Virus record (IMG/VR): IMGVR_UViG_3300034374_007216
Coordinates: 1-64,000 of that record
From: a virus
Length of the DNA stretch: 64,000 nucleotides
Reading direction: 5' to 3' (one strand)
The notes beneath the pieces are model-generated. The model saw nothing but the letters and a program-made list of their open reading frames with translations. It ran no database searches and was not told the DNA's origin. Within the stretch, counting starts at the first letter, position 1. The number at the start of each line of letters is the position of its first letter. Positions 47,254-55,867 of this stretch are shown piece by piece. Made by a program: the position numbers and the translations under genes.

Positions 47254-47559
47254 ATGAATAAAGAAGAAGCAATAGAAAAACTACGAGAAGAAATTAAACC
47301 AAACGATATACTATACACGCAACTACATCATGTATCAAAGTCAGGTATGACGAGGCACATAGCAGTGCGTTTCCTCAAAGACAATTACCCTTACGATTAT
47401 ACTTACCTTGTAGCAAAAGCACTTGACGGTAAAATCAGCGACAAATACCACGGCATCAAGCGAGAAGGATGTGGCATGGATATGGGCTTCGACCTCATCT
47501 ATAACTTATCCTATGTCCTCTATGGTGACGGCTACGCAATCAAACAAAGGTGGTTATGA
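47254..47559 (+). CDS. Conserved phage hypothetical protein (SGMxR...GCGMDMGF)
   Basis: Characteristic motifs VSKSGMTRHI and GCGMDMGF. Confidence 0.65.
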   Translation: MNKEEAIEKLREEIKPNDILYTQLHHVSKSGMTRHIAVRFLKDNYPYDYTYLVAKALDGKISDKYHGIKREGCGMDMGFDLIYNLSYVLYGDGYAIKQRWL

Positions 47560-47816
47560 AGATGAACGGAAGAGAATTTAAAGAAGAGATGATAAATAAA
47601 TTGAGAAGCGGTGAAGCATTCAGTTTAGTCACAAGATACGGAAACGAAGTTTGGGTTGAGGCTGAATTAAATAGCGATGAAAGTATTTCATCAGCACAAT
47701 TATGGTGTGGTACGAAAACGATTGCTATTGCACACAGTGATACAGTTACAGATGAGGCATGGGCATTAGCAGTAGCGAGAACTGCTCAAGAGTTTGATGA
47801 AAGAGAGGAGGAATGA
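47556..47816 (+). CDS. Hypothetical protein
   Basis: ATGA-coupled ORF. Confidence 0.55.
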   Translation: MKMNGREFKEEMINKLRSGEAFSLVTRYGNEVWVEAELNSDESISSAQLWCGTKTIAIAHSDTVTDEAWALAVARTAQEFDEREEE

Positions 47817-47856
47817 AGAATGAATAAAGAACAGTATGGAAAGATGAGGTGGTAGC

Positions 47857-48387
47857 ATGAAAAAATTTGAAGAGCAAATAAAAGAATTGATAGAAAGAAT
47901 ACAGAAAGACATTGATGAAGGTAATTTAAACTTACCTACCAACATGGTAACATGTTTAACTTACTTGAAAAAACAAGAACAGAAATTAATGGTAAAACAA
48001 AATGAACTAAAATTTACGCCTCAAGTGGGCATGGTGTGGTTTGAAGATTATGATTACACATCTTTAGTTGGGTTCATGATAAATGATTATTTATCCACGG
48101 TGTATAATTTACCTGCGTCTTGGTTCTTCCTTTTACGCTACAATCTGCGTTTATCAAATGATGATGAAATTATATTTTCTTTAGTTGATGGGGAGATTGA
48201 TGTAATGAATAACTTGCGAGTACCATACACATGTGCTTTCAATGAAGGGAAGATGTTAGGTTTGATTGATGAGAATGAAGAGATAAAATATCCTACGCCA
48301 GATGTTATTCTTGATGCGTTGTATTTGATAGAAGAATTAGAACTTTTATCGAACATAAACAGTAGCCATGCATTCACACTCGCATGA
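47857..48387 (+). CDS. Hypothetical protein
   Basis: 176 aa with GAGGTGG SD. Confidence 0.55.
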   Translation: MKKFEEQIKELIERIQKDIDEGNLNLPTNMVTCLTYLKKQEQKLMVKQNELKFTPQVGMVWFEDYDYTSLVGFMINDYLSTVYNLPASWFFLLRYNLRLSNDDEIIFSLVDGEIDVMNNLRVPYTCAFNEGKMLGLIDENEEIKYPTPDVILDALYLIEELELLSNINSSHAFTLA

Positions 48388-48413
48388 ATTTGATGATAGT
48401 CATTGGTGATAAT

Positions 48414-48635
48414 ATGAAAAGAAAATTTACAGTAGGACAAAACAAATGGCTCGTAGTCGAGCGAATTTACAAGGACTTCTATCAAATCATCGAGGCACAC
48501 CGATGCCCCGAAGTACAGGTAGGCGACCTTATGCGTAAAGAAGGGAGGGGATGGACAGCGTACAAGTCATTAGACTCGGCTTTACCACGACACACATTCC
48601 CAACACAGATTGATTTTGGAGGCGAAGAAGAATGA
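48414..48635 (+). CDS. Hypothetical protein
   Basis: GGTGA SD before MKRKF, ends GEEE. Confidence 0.55.
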   Translation: MKRKFTVGQNKWLVVERIYKDFYQIIEAHRCPEVQVGDLMRKEGRGWTAYKSLDSALPRHTFPTQIDFGGEEE

Positions 48636-48805
48636 CTGACACAGACAAATACGAATACATGGTGACTCACGACAAGTGTGGTGAATCCGATGGCCCGTTT
48701 GCAACATACGAAGAAGCGAAGGCTCACTACGAATACCTATGCTCCGAGGCTGACCCCGATAGCACCCAATACTATTTCATTGAGGAAGTGAAGAAGAATG
48801 ATTGA
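48632..48805 (+). CDS. MTDTDKY-leader small protein (57 aa)
   Basis: Read manually: MTDTDKYEYMVTHDKCGESDGPFATYEEAK... Confidence 0.6.
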   Translation: MTDTDKYEYMVTHDKCGESDGPFATYEEAKAHYEYLCSEADPDSTQYYFIEEVKKND

Positions 48806-49058
48806 CACGCAAGAGCCAACCTTTGAGGTTGTATGGTTGTGTGAACCCGATGAAAAGAATTGGGATGGTATTTTAGGTGCAGGTATGTATGAACCACGAC
48901 CTAATTTCTATACAGAACATGATGCAATGTTGTATATCAAAAACGAGCAACTACGGAGTCGTGCTATTATCAATTACTACAAAGTAGTTGAAGGCGAAAT
49001 AGAGTTTGATAGATACAAAATAATAGAGGCGAAGAAGAATGAATTTATTTACAAATAA
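48798..49058 (+). CDS. Hypothetical protein (MIDT start)
   Basis: 86 aa with a junction repeat at the start. Confidence 0.55.
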   Translation: MIDTQEPTFEVVWLCEPDEKNWDGILGAGMYEPRPNFYTEHDAMLYIKNEQLRSRAIINYYKVVEGEIEFDRYKIIEAKKNEFIYK

Positions 49059-49254
49059 ACAATTGAAATTGATACATTACTGTATCACATCGGAGTATTT
49101 CAACGGTATGGATGACCCTTGGTATCTTTGGCTTCAACTTGGTTTTGGAGATAGGGAAGAATTCCCCGAAGGGAAAGAAAGAGATGAAAAAGATGAGCAA
49201 GCACTTAAAACGCTTAGTGAACTTGCCGATTCGATATTACTAATGATAGAATAA
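49039..49254 (+). CDS. Hypothetical protein
   Basis: 71 aa after the ggcgaagaagaATG junction. Confidence 0.5.
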   Translation: MNLFTNKQLKLIHYCITSEYFNGMDDPWYLWLQLGFGDREEFPEGKERDEKDEQALKTLSELADSILLMIE

Positions 49255-49285
49255 CGATAAAATAAAATGTTGAGGTACGGGTATC

Positions 49286-49945
49286 ATGGTCGCACCTTTC
49301 GATGAGGCTTTCTCATACCTGCGACAAAATAATCCGACAGGACAATACATAGGTGGTAGCACAGGGGCGAGAAGATTCGACTTACCAATGGGGCAGTTCG
49401 TCGGTAAGCGTGGCGATAGCCCTGCTCACCTTCAAAACGAATTCGACATGAATCAATACTTGAATGCACTTGGCGTTGATGTACCACAGGCACAGGAACA
49501 ACTAATGGATGGGCGACCCATGATGCTTACTGAGTTTGAACAGGGTCAAGAATTAGGGCGAGCAAGCCCACAGGATATTCAACAATTAACGACGGACTTC
49601 GTGCCTCATGCCCTCATATCCAATTGGGATATGTTGGGGTTGGGGCGTGATAATGTCATACGCAGACCCGATGGTTCTCTTACCTATGTGGATGTAGGTG
49701 GGGCAGGTCCTTTCCGAGCACAAGGGGGGCATAAGGGTGCGTTTGGAACAAGCGTAGGGGAGTTAGATACCCTACGAGAAAAGAATCCCGAACTTGCAGG
49801 TATTACTGAACAAGACATCGGGCGGTCATTCGATGAGTACGGCGGTCAATCCGCTATGGAAGATGCGTTACAACATCTAAGAGATAGGCGTACTCAAGAC
49901 ATTATGCGACAAAGAATACAGGATTTAACCCGCCGAGTCGCATAA
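49286..49945 (+). CDS. PI3/4-kinase/HipA-like kinase-fold protein with N-terminal tag
   Basis: Gly loop GGSTGA, VGK, NE, NWD...DN...YVDVG motifs. Starts MVAPFDEAFSYLR. Confidence 0.6.
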   Translation: MVAPFDEAFSYLRQNNPTGQYIGGSTGARRFDLPMGQFVGKRGDSPAHLQNEFDMNQYLNALGVDVPQAQEQLMDGRPMMLTEFEQGQELGRASPQDIQQLTTDFVPHALISNWDMLGLGRDNVIRRPDGSLTYVDVGGAGPFRAQGGHKGAFGTSVGELDTLREKNPELAGITEQDIGRSFDEYGGQSAMEDALQHLRDRRTQDIMRQRIQDLTRRVA

Positions 49946-49955
49946 TTCTTTAATC

Positions 49956-49977
49956 AGTATTTAAACTGACTAAGAAA
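49956..49977 (+). promoter_or_regulatory. Conserved early promoter motif copy
   Basis: agtatttaaactgactaagaaa. Confidence 0.75.
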
Positions 49978-49999
49978 GAAGGGGTTGAAAAACAAGGAG

Positions 50000-50260
50000 A
50001 TGAAAAAAGTGGCATACATTTTGAGAACAGACGGAACAACGACAGACATTGGGTGGAATCCACCATACGAAAAGATACGAGATGGAGTAGGAGGGTGGAT
50101 TGAATATGTACCCACTGCTGATGGTAACTACATGTATTGTCATGAAGAAGGCAAACTATTGGGGCTACCCGTTAATGAGAAGGCGACATCTATGATTGAT
50201 TTCGATGACATCATTGTAGGTGATGTTGTGGTTATGGATGCAAAAGAAGAGGAGGAATGA
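50000..50260 (+). CDS. DUF3846-like protein
   Basis: VGGWIEYV...HEEGKLLGLPVN..AT...IVGDVV. Confidence 0.7.
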   Translation: MKKVAYILRTDGTTTDIGWNPPYEKIRDGVGGWIEYVPTADGNYMYCHEEGKLLGLPVNEKATSMIDFDDIIVGDVVVMDAKEEEE

Positions 50261-50263
50261 AGA

Positions 50264-50524
50264 ATGAGAATGACGAAAGAAAATAGAGAATGGCTTGAAA
50301 TTGCTTTGTTATTAGGCGAAGACAATATGACATTATTCCACGATTCCCGTTGGGAATGGATTTGTGAATATGATGTGTTCATGAATGCTTATGTTCGTTT
50401 TGGCGGAGATGCAGACACACACTTTACAAATGACGAGGCTCTTGAGCAGACGATAGAATACGCATACATGAAAATCCAAGATTGTTTTGAAGAAATTTGC
50501 AGAAGGATGATGAGGCTGAAATAA
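50264..50524 (+). CDS. Hypothetical protein
   Basis: 86 aa, co-oriented. Confidence 0.55.
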   Translation: MRMTKENREWLEIALLLGEDNMTLFHDSRWEWICEYDVFMNAYVRFGGDADTHFTNDEALEQTIEYAYMKIQDCFEEICRRMMRLK

Positions 50525-50525
50525 A

Positions 50526-50819
50526 ATGACAAAAGAAAAAGAAATTGAAAAGCAAATAAAACAGGAGATGCTTGTCATACAAGCAAAGATGGAACGGCTA
50601 CAGGCATGGAAGGACAGTGGGTACGGGCAACCTTGTGTTGAACACACTTGGCAACTTTTAAACAATCCCGAAATAATTCTTGGCACGAATCCTAAGATAT
50701 ACATTTTGAAATTCAAATGCAACAGATGTGGTATGGCTATGCAAGAACAGGCATCGGTTGTCGAAGAAACACTCTATGACGAGTGGCAAGAATTTAGAGA
50801 AGGAGGCGAAGAAGAATGA
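50526..50819 (+). CDS. Hypothetical protein (CxH...CxxC)
   Basis: 97 aa, ends GEEE. Confidence 0.55.
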   Translation: MTKEKEIEKQIKQEMLVIQAKMERLQAWKDSGYGQPCVEHTWQLLNNPEIILGTNPKIYILKFKCNRCGMAMQEQASVVEETLYDEWQEFREGGEEE

Positions 50820-51334
50820 ATATTTTCGTACTTGATACCAACCCAATCATTGCGGCTGAAATGCACTGCGACAAGCATGTGCCTAAGATGTGTGTTGAAG
50901 CGGCACAAATGATGGCATCAGCCCTACGCCGCCACGGTGCGACTGATGAGCAGATGCCACTCACCAAAGCAGGTAAAGCATACAAAGGTGGGTACAAACA
51001 TCACCCATGTACAGTATGGGCGGGAGATTCATGGGCAAACCTCGATTGGCTTGCTTCTCACGCTATTGCTTTGTGCGTTGAGTTTGAGTTCCGCTTCGGA
51101 AAAGAACACGCTTGCCTACAACCTATTGTCAAAATGGATGCACTCAACAGAAAAATGTACGAATCTATTCCATACAAAGAACTTACACCATTCGCACAGG
51201 CAATGCCCGACGAGTATCGTGATGAAGATGCGGTCAAGGCATACCGAGCATACTACCATTCCAAGCAGTTCGCCAAGTGGGAGAAGGGTACACCTGCTCC
51301 TTCGTGGTGGCGAGGCGTGGAGGTGACAGCGTGA
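50816..51334 (+). CDS. Pyrimidine-dimer DNA glycosylase-like (T4 endonuclease V-related) protein
   Basis: MNIFVLD...HCDKHVPKMCVEAAQM, HHPCTVW, QAMPDEY and AYRAYY motifs. Confidence 0.7.
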   Translation: MNIFVLDTNPIIAAEMHCDKHVPKMCVEAAQMMASALRRHGATDEQMPLTKAGKAYKGGYKHHPCTVWAGDSWANLDWLASHAIALCVEFEFRFGKEHACLQPIVKMDALNRKMYESIPYKELTPFAQAMPDEYRDEDAVKAYRAYYHSKQFAKWEKGTPAPSWWRGVEVTA

Positions 51335-51492
51335 GTTGTGAAAACAAATGGCTTACTACAGGGTGGCACATCTCTTACGGGTGGACTCCAATAGCAAGGA
51401 GGCAAAAGTGGCATTGGTATTGCGAGTGCTGTGGTGAGGAAAGGTATTCTTCAACTACACCACGAAAGCGAGGCGTGGAGGTGACGGCATGA
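51331..51492 (+). CDS. Small Cys-containing protein
   Basis: GTG start in the junction repeat, ends RGVEVTA. Confidence 0.5.
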   Translation: MSCENKWLTTGWHISYGWTPIARRQKWHWYCECCGEERYSSTTPRKRGVEVTA

Positions 51493-51698
51493 GTGAATAT
51501 AGAAAACAGTTAGAAGAAAGAGATGGAGTTAGCCGAGTGTTTTGTTTGAAGTGTAATACTTTGTATCAAGACCCTAATGGTTATCCGATAGGTTTCACTG
51601 TGAGATATTGTTGCTCTCAAGAAACTGAAACAAACCAAGAGCGTATAGATTTCCTCGTGACTTATCCTCATAGGCAAGGCGTGGAGGTGACAGTATGA
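51489..51698 (+). CDS. Small Cys-containing protein
   Basis: CLKC...CC, ends QGVEVTV. Confidence 0.55.
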   Translation: MSEYRKQLEERDGVSRVFCLKCNTLYQDPNGYPIGFTVRYCCSQETETNQERIDFLVTYPHRQGVEVTV

Positions 51699-51853
51699 GT
51701 GAAAAATGTAGTAGTAAAGGATGTAATGAACCAGCATACAGACAATGCAAAAATTGTGAAGTAATACGATGTGAAGACTGTGAATCAATTTTCCCAAACG
51801 GGATTGATTATTTCACAAGTCTTTGTCGTGAATGCGAGGAGGTGAAGGCGTGA
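51695..51853 (+). CDS. Small Zn-finger protein (52 aa)
   Basis: Read manually: MSEKCSSKGC...CKNC...CEDC...CREC. Confidence 0.55.
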   Translation: MSEKCSSKGCNEPAYRQCKNCEVIRCEDCESIFPNGIDYFTSLCRECEEVKA

Positions 51854-52500
51854 GAGTTCTTGTAGCATGTGAATGTAGTGGAAGAGTGCGTGAGGCTTTT
51901 CGGAAGTTGGGGCATGATGCTTGGTCTTGCGACATACAACCTGCCGACGATGATTCACCGTATCATTACCAAACTGATGTATTCGATGTTATTAACAAAG
52001 GGTGGGATTTGATGATTGCACACCCTCCATGTACATACCTTACCGTAACGGGTAATTCATGGTTCTATCATCCAGATGACAAACACTTACCTTTGGAAGA
52101 GCGACGACCTCATCCACGGTTTCCGAATCGCAGACAACACCGTGAAGAAGCGGTGGAGTTCTTCATGGCGTTGTACAATGCCGACATACCAAAGATTGCT
52201 ATTGAGAATCCTGTTGGTATCATGAGTACGAGGTTTAGAAAACCCGACCAAATATTTCAGCCGTATCAATTCGGCGACCCTTACGAGAAAAAGACATGCC
52301 TTTGGTTGAAGGGGCTTGACAAACTTGAAGATACAAATGTTGTCGAACCCGAACCAAGAGTTGTTTTCAAGAGTGGTAAGTCAATGCCAGCATGGTATGT
52401 GGAGGCGGCGAAACTACCACCGAAAGAAAGAGAGAAAGCAAGGAGTGTTACATTCCAAGGGTTTGCCGATGCAATGGCTGAACAATGGGGAGATGAATAA
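51850..52500 (+). CDS. C5 DNA cytosine methyltransferase-like protein
   Basis: VLVACECSG (motif I), AHPPCT (motif IV) and IENPVG (motif VI). Confidence 0.75.
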   Translation: MRVLVACECSGRVREAFRKLGHDAWSCDIQPADDDSPYHYQTDVFDVINKGWDLMIAHPPCTYLTVTGNSWFYHPDDKHLPLEERRPHPRFPNRRQHREEAVEFFMALYNADIPKIAIENPVGIMSTRFRKPDQIFQPYQFGDPYEKKTCLWLKGLDKLEDTNVVEPEPRVVFKSGKSMPAWYVEAAKLPPKEREKARSVTFQGFADAMAEQWGDE

Positions 52501-52842
52501 ATGTGGATAGCAATAACAGAAGGATGGCTAAGTATAGTAGGACATAGGGATAAACCCGAACACCTCTTAGTAAGGGCGAGGAATCCCGAAGCAATAAGAA
52601 GAACATTTGGTAAGGAACGGATGTATTACATTGGTGATGCAGACTATCCTTATCGAGCAGATATACCAAGAGGTGAGGTTGCCGAGTTTCTCACTCGCAG
52701 ACTGACACACATGAAGTATGACAACTTCAAGAACACAGTTGATGATTGGGAATATAGGGATGTATTACATTCAGTATGGAACAGAATGTACAGATACGGA
52801 GAACAATACAGAAGAGATGGATTAGGAGTTGAAGAAGAATGA
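52501..52842 (+). CDS. Conserved phage hypothetical protein
   Basis: MWI...GWLSIV...LLVRAR...DYPYRA...YDNFK. Confidence 0.65.
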   Translation: MWIAITEGWLSIVGHRDKPEHLLVRARNPEAIRRTFGKERMYYIGDADYPYRADIPRGEVAEFLTRRLTHMKYDNFKNTVDDWEYRDVLHSVWNRMYRYGEQYRRDGLGVEEE

Positions 52843-53141
52843 AGGAACATGACTTTGCTACGAAGATAATTGATGGTTTGGTTGAGAAATTGGAACGATT
52901 ACAAAAGTTGGAGGCGGCGGTTGTTGGTTCGTGGATGGAGTCTTGTGACCAAGGCTCACCGTGGCACAAACTGTTGAGATACCCTTGTGTTGATTTAGGA
53001 TATTTGGAACTGCGTGATGTTGAAGTCACTCGTGAGGCGTTTGACGGTAGCACTTTCTCATACACTACTCGTGAGTTTCACTTGAAAGAAGAGTACGAAG
53101 AAATGGCGAAAGCGTGGATTGCACGAGGTGAAGAAGAATGA
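52839..53141 (+). CDS. Hypothetical protein
   Basis: 100 aa, coupled, ends GEEE. Confidence 0.55.
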   Translation: MKEHDFATKIIDGLVEKLERLQKLEAAVVGSWMESCDQGSPWHKLLRYPCVDLGYLELRDVEVTREAFDGSTFSYTTREFHLKEEYEEMAKAWIARGEEE

Positions 53142-53572
53142 ACACACCAATTAAGGTAGGTGGTGGCACACTCACGATGTGCGACATCCATGACTTCCGT
53201 GATACACTACGCAAAGAACATACGGTGGTAACTCTATGTCGCTACCCTCCGAATTGGAGTAGTAGTGATAAGAATGAGCGACATCACTATTACTTTAGAG
53301 CACACAACAGCGACCCTGCGATTTGGTGTCATGCTGTTAATTTAGTCATGGACTTACTCAAAGAGGGTAAAGATGTTCTCTTGCATTGTGTTCATGGTCG
53401 TGACCGAACAGGTGGGGTTGCGTATGTCGTGCTACGACTACATGACTACGACCACGACACAGCATACAGAACAATGGTTGAGGCTCGCCCTTCACAAGAG
53501 ATGGAGTGGGCGACCAAGTTAGTGTACGGGCAACCATTGTACAGACAAATAATTGATGAGTATTTAAACTAA
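53138..53572 (+). CDS. Dual-specificity phosphatase
   Basis: VLLHCVHGRDRTG (HCX5R) and ARP motif. Confidence 0.8.
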   Translation: MNTPIKVGGGTLTMCDIHDFRDTLRKEHTVVTLCRYPPNWSSSDKNERHHYYFRAHNSDPAIWCHAVNLVMDLLKEGKDVLLHCVHGRDRTGGVAYVVLRLHDYDHDTAYRTMVEARPSQEMEWATKLVYGQPLYRQIIDEYLN

Positions 53573-53580
53573 CTAAGAAA
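53559..53580 (+). promoter_or_regulatory. Conserved early promoter motif copy
   Basis: agtatttaaactaactaagaaa. Confidence 0.8.
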
Positions 53581-53587
53581 AAAGGAG

Positions 53588-54592
53588 ATGAATAATATGG
53601 CACACAATATAGCACAAACAGAAAATGGAAGATATATGACCGCATGGACAGGCAATACGCCGTGGCATGGGTTGGGAACACAAGCACAAGGTTTGATGAC
53701 CGCAACGGAAGCATTGACACTTGCCCATCTTGATTGGGAAGTTGAGAAGCGACCACTATGGAACAAGCGAGAAGATGGGTTGCTTGAGGTTATACCCGAC
53801 ACATTTGGCGTATTTAGAAAGGACAATGGCGTGTCACTAACAAGAGGAAAAGCAGTAGGTAAGGTATGGAAACCATTTCAAAATATTGAATCAATGGATT
53901 TTCTCGATGAACTTACACAGACTCAAGAGGCGAAGATTGAGGTAACGGGTGCTCTCGGTAACGGTGAGCAGGTATGGGTACTTGCTAAACTACCCGATTC
54001 AATTATCATCAATGGTATGGATGTAGTGGACCAATATATTCTCGTGGTGAACAATCACGACGGTAGTGGTTCTCTCAAGATTTTCCTTACACCTATTCGT
54101 GTCGTTTGTAACAATACACTTACAATGGCTCTTAGAGGCAGAAACAACGGCTACAACATTCGACACACAGGCAAACTACACGACAGGGTTGCGGCGGCAC
54201 GAGAGGCACTTAACATGGTCAATAAGGACTTCATGGATTGGGGTGAATTGGCAGGGCAACTTGTTACCTTTGAAATGACCGAAGATGACATGGACTCATA
54301 CTTCATTGATACACTCGGTTTGACTTTCAACAAAGAAGGCGACTTGACAACCCGTTCCAGCAATATTCTTTTATCAGTAAAAGAAACTCTTGCTCGGCCA
54401 ACAAACAAACTCGCCGGCATGGAAGGTACGGCGTGGGCGGCATACAATGCCGTAACCGAAGCGATTGACCACGACTTCACTAAACTACAGAACGGTGAAG
54501 TGAGTCATAAGCGAATGGAGTCAGCATTGTTTGGTACATACGCACGAACAAAACAGAAGGCATTCATGAAAGCGTTGGAGATGACAGTTTGA
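53588..54592 (+). CDS. DUF932 family protein
   Basis: PWHGLG, LDWEV, NHDGS, TPIRVVCNNTL and GTAWAAYNAVTE motifs. Confidence 0.85.
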   Translation: MNNMAHNIAQTENGRYMTAWTGNTPWHGLGTQAQGLMTATEALTLAHLDWEVEKRPLWNKREDGLLEVIPDTFGVFRKDNGVSLTRGKAVGKVWKPFQNIESMDFLDELTQTQEAKIEVTGALGNGEQVWVLAKLPDSIIINGMDVVDQYILVVNNHDGSGSLKIFLTPIRVVCNNTLTMALRGRNNGYNIRHTGKLHDRVAAAREALNMVNKDFMDWGELAGQLVTFEMTEDDMDSYFIDTLGLTFNKEGDLTTRSSNILLSVKETLARPTNKLAGMEGTAWAAYNAVTEAIDHDFTKLQNGEVSHKRMESALFGTYARTKQKAFMKALEMTV

Positions 54593-54912
54593 AATTACAT
54601 GGAATAGGAACTGATACATGGTACAAAAGAGAACCTGTAGTGTGTGCTGATGGATATAAAATATCCATTCAAGCATCTTCCACTCATTACTCATCACCAA
54701 GAAGTACAGCAAAAAAATACAAGGCTTGTGAATTAGGTTATCCAAGTGAAGCAGACGAACTAATCAATAGTTATGCAGAAAGCGAAGATTATACCTCCAC
54801 TATATATCCTTATGTTCCCGCCAAAGTGATTCAAGCATTGCTTGAGAAACATGGTGGTGTTGTTAGTGGTGAATGTCCATTGTTAGATTTGACGGAGAGT
54901 GAAGAAGAGTGA
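54589..54912 (+). CDS. Conserved phage hypothetical protein
   Basis: CADGYKISIQAS..HYSSPR...ELGYPS...IYPYVP. Confidence 0.6.
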   Translation: MKLHGIGTDTWYKREPVVCADGYKISIQASSTHYSSPRSTAKKYKACELGYPSEADELINSYAESEDYTSTIYPYVPAKVIQALLEKHGGVVSGECPLLDLTESEEE

Positions 54913-55166
54913 AAGATGAAACAATCACAATCATAGATGTTGATGATGAGTTCATCAATGATACAATCATTTTAGATAACGAAGAAAGAAGATTTATTTC
55001 TATGACAAAGGCTGAGGGCATTGCTTGTCCACACTGTAAAGAGCGTGATGAAAGAAACCTTCTGTATCAAATGGACAACGGTGAATACTTTTACATAGGG
55101 TATTGTTGTGGGAAGTTTAGCATCTGCGAGGTAAATGGTGAGGACAATGGATTGGCAACCGAGTAA
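54909..55166 (+). CDS. Small Zn-ribbon protein
   Basis: CPHC...CC. Confidence 0.55.
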   Translation: MKDETITIIDVDDEFINDTIILDNEERRFISMTKAEGIACPHCKERDERNLLYQMDNGEYFYIGYCCGKFSICEVNGEDNGLATE

Positions 55167-55866
55167 AGAACTTATACAATGGGGAAACGAACATTTTGGA
55201 ATGTTAGCAAAGGATTCAGTTTGGTCGCCCGAAGATTCGGGCGTACAGTATCGAAAAATGGATGACAACAAGTTTGCTCTCATCTTCATGCTCAATCATC
55301 CTTTGGCTCAAGAACATCATGAAAAATTCAGTTTGCTGATGGAGGCTTGCGGGTACGAAGTTGAGAAACCCGATGGGCTACAAATGGTAACACCTCCACT
55401 CAATCCAATTCAACAAGCAGAAATGCAACATGAAATGAGGCAAAAGATTGCTGAAACATGGGCGTGTGAGTGTGGTTTTCCTCTCGCTAACTGCGACCTT
55501 GAACAAAGAGTTGATGAGTATGTTGAAACTATTGATGCTGATGTTGGCGACGGTCAAACAACTCCCGTTGATATTTGGCGTTGCATTATTCAGTGTAGTG
55601 CGTGTGGTACGGATTTGTCTATTGACCCCGACGACTATCATCTTTTAGCAGGTGATTCATTGTTCATGTCTTGGACATCAAGCACCCATCACTACACTGC
55701 TCTAACAAGAGCACAGTTGAAGGACTTCGCTGATGCGGGTTTATTCACCGATGGCTACAGTGCCAACATTACAGTTCTTGGTGAAAAGGTAGGAGATGAG
55801 AAAGTACCTTCATGGTTATGGGGTATTTCAGTAATATCAAAAGAACTGAATGATGAAGAAGAGTAA
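55147..55866 (+). CDS. Hypothetical protein with Zn ribbon
   Basis: CECG...CSAC, start taken at MDWQP. Confidence 0.6.
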   Translation: MDWQPSKELIQWGNEHFGMLAKDSVWSPEDSGVQYRKMDDNKFALIFMLNHPLAQEHHEKFSLLMEACGYEVEKPDGLQMVTPPLNPIQQAEMQHEMRQKIAETWACECGFPLANCDLEQRVDEYVETIDADVGDGQTTPVDIWRCIIQCSACGTDLSIDPDDYHLLAGDSLFMSWTSSTHHYTALTRAQLKDFADAGLFTDGYSANITVLGEKVGDEKVPSWLWGISVISKELNDEEE

Positions 55867-55867
55867 C

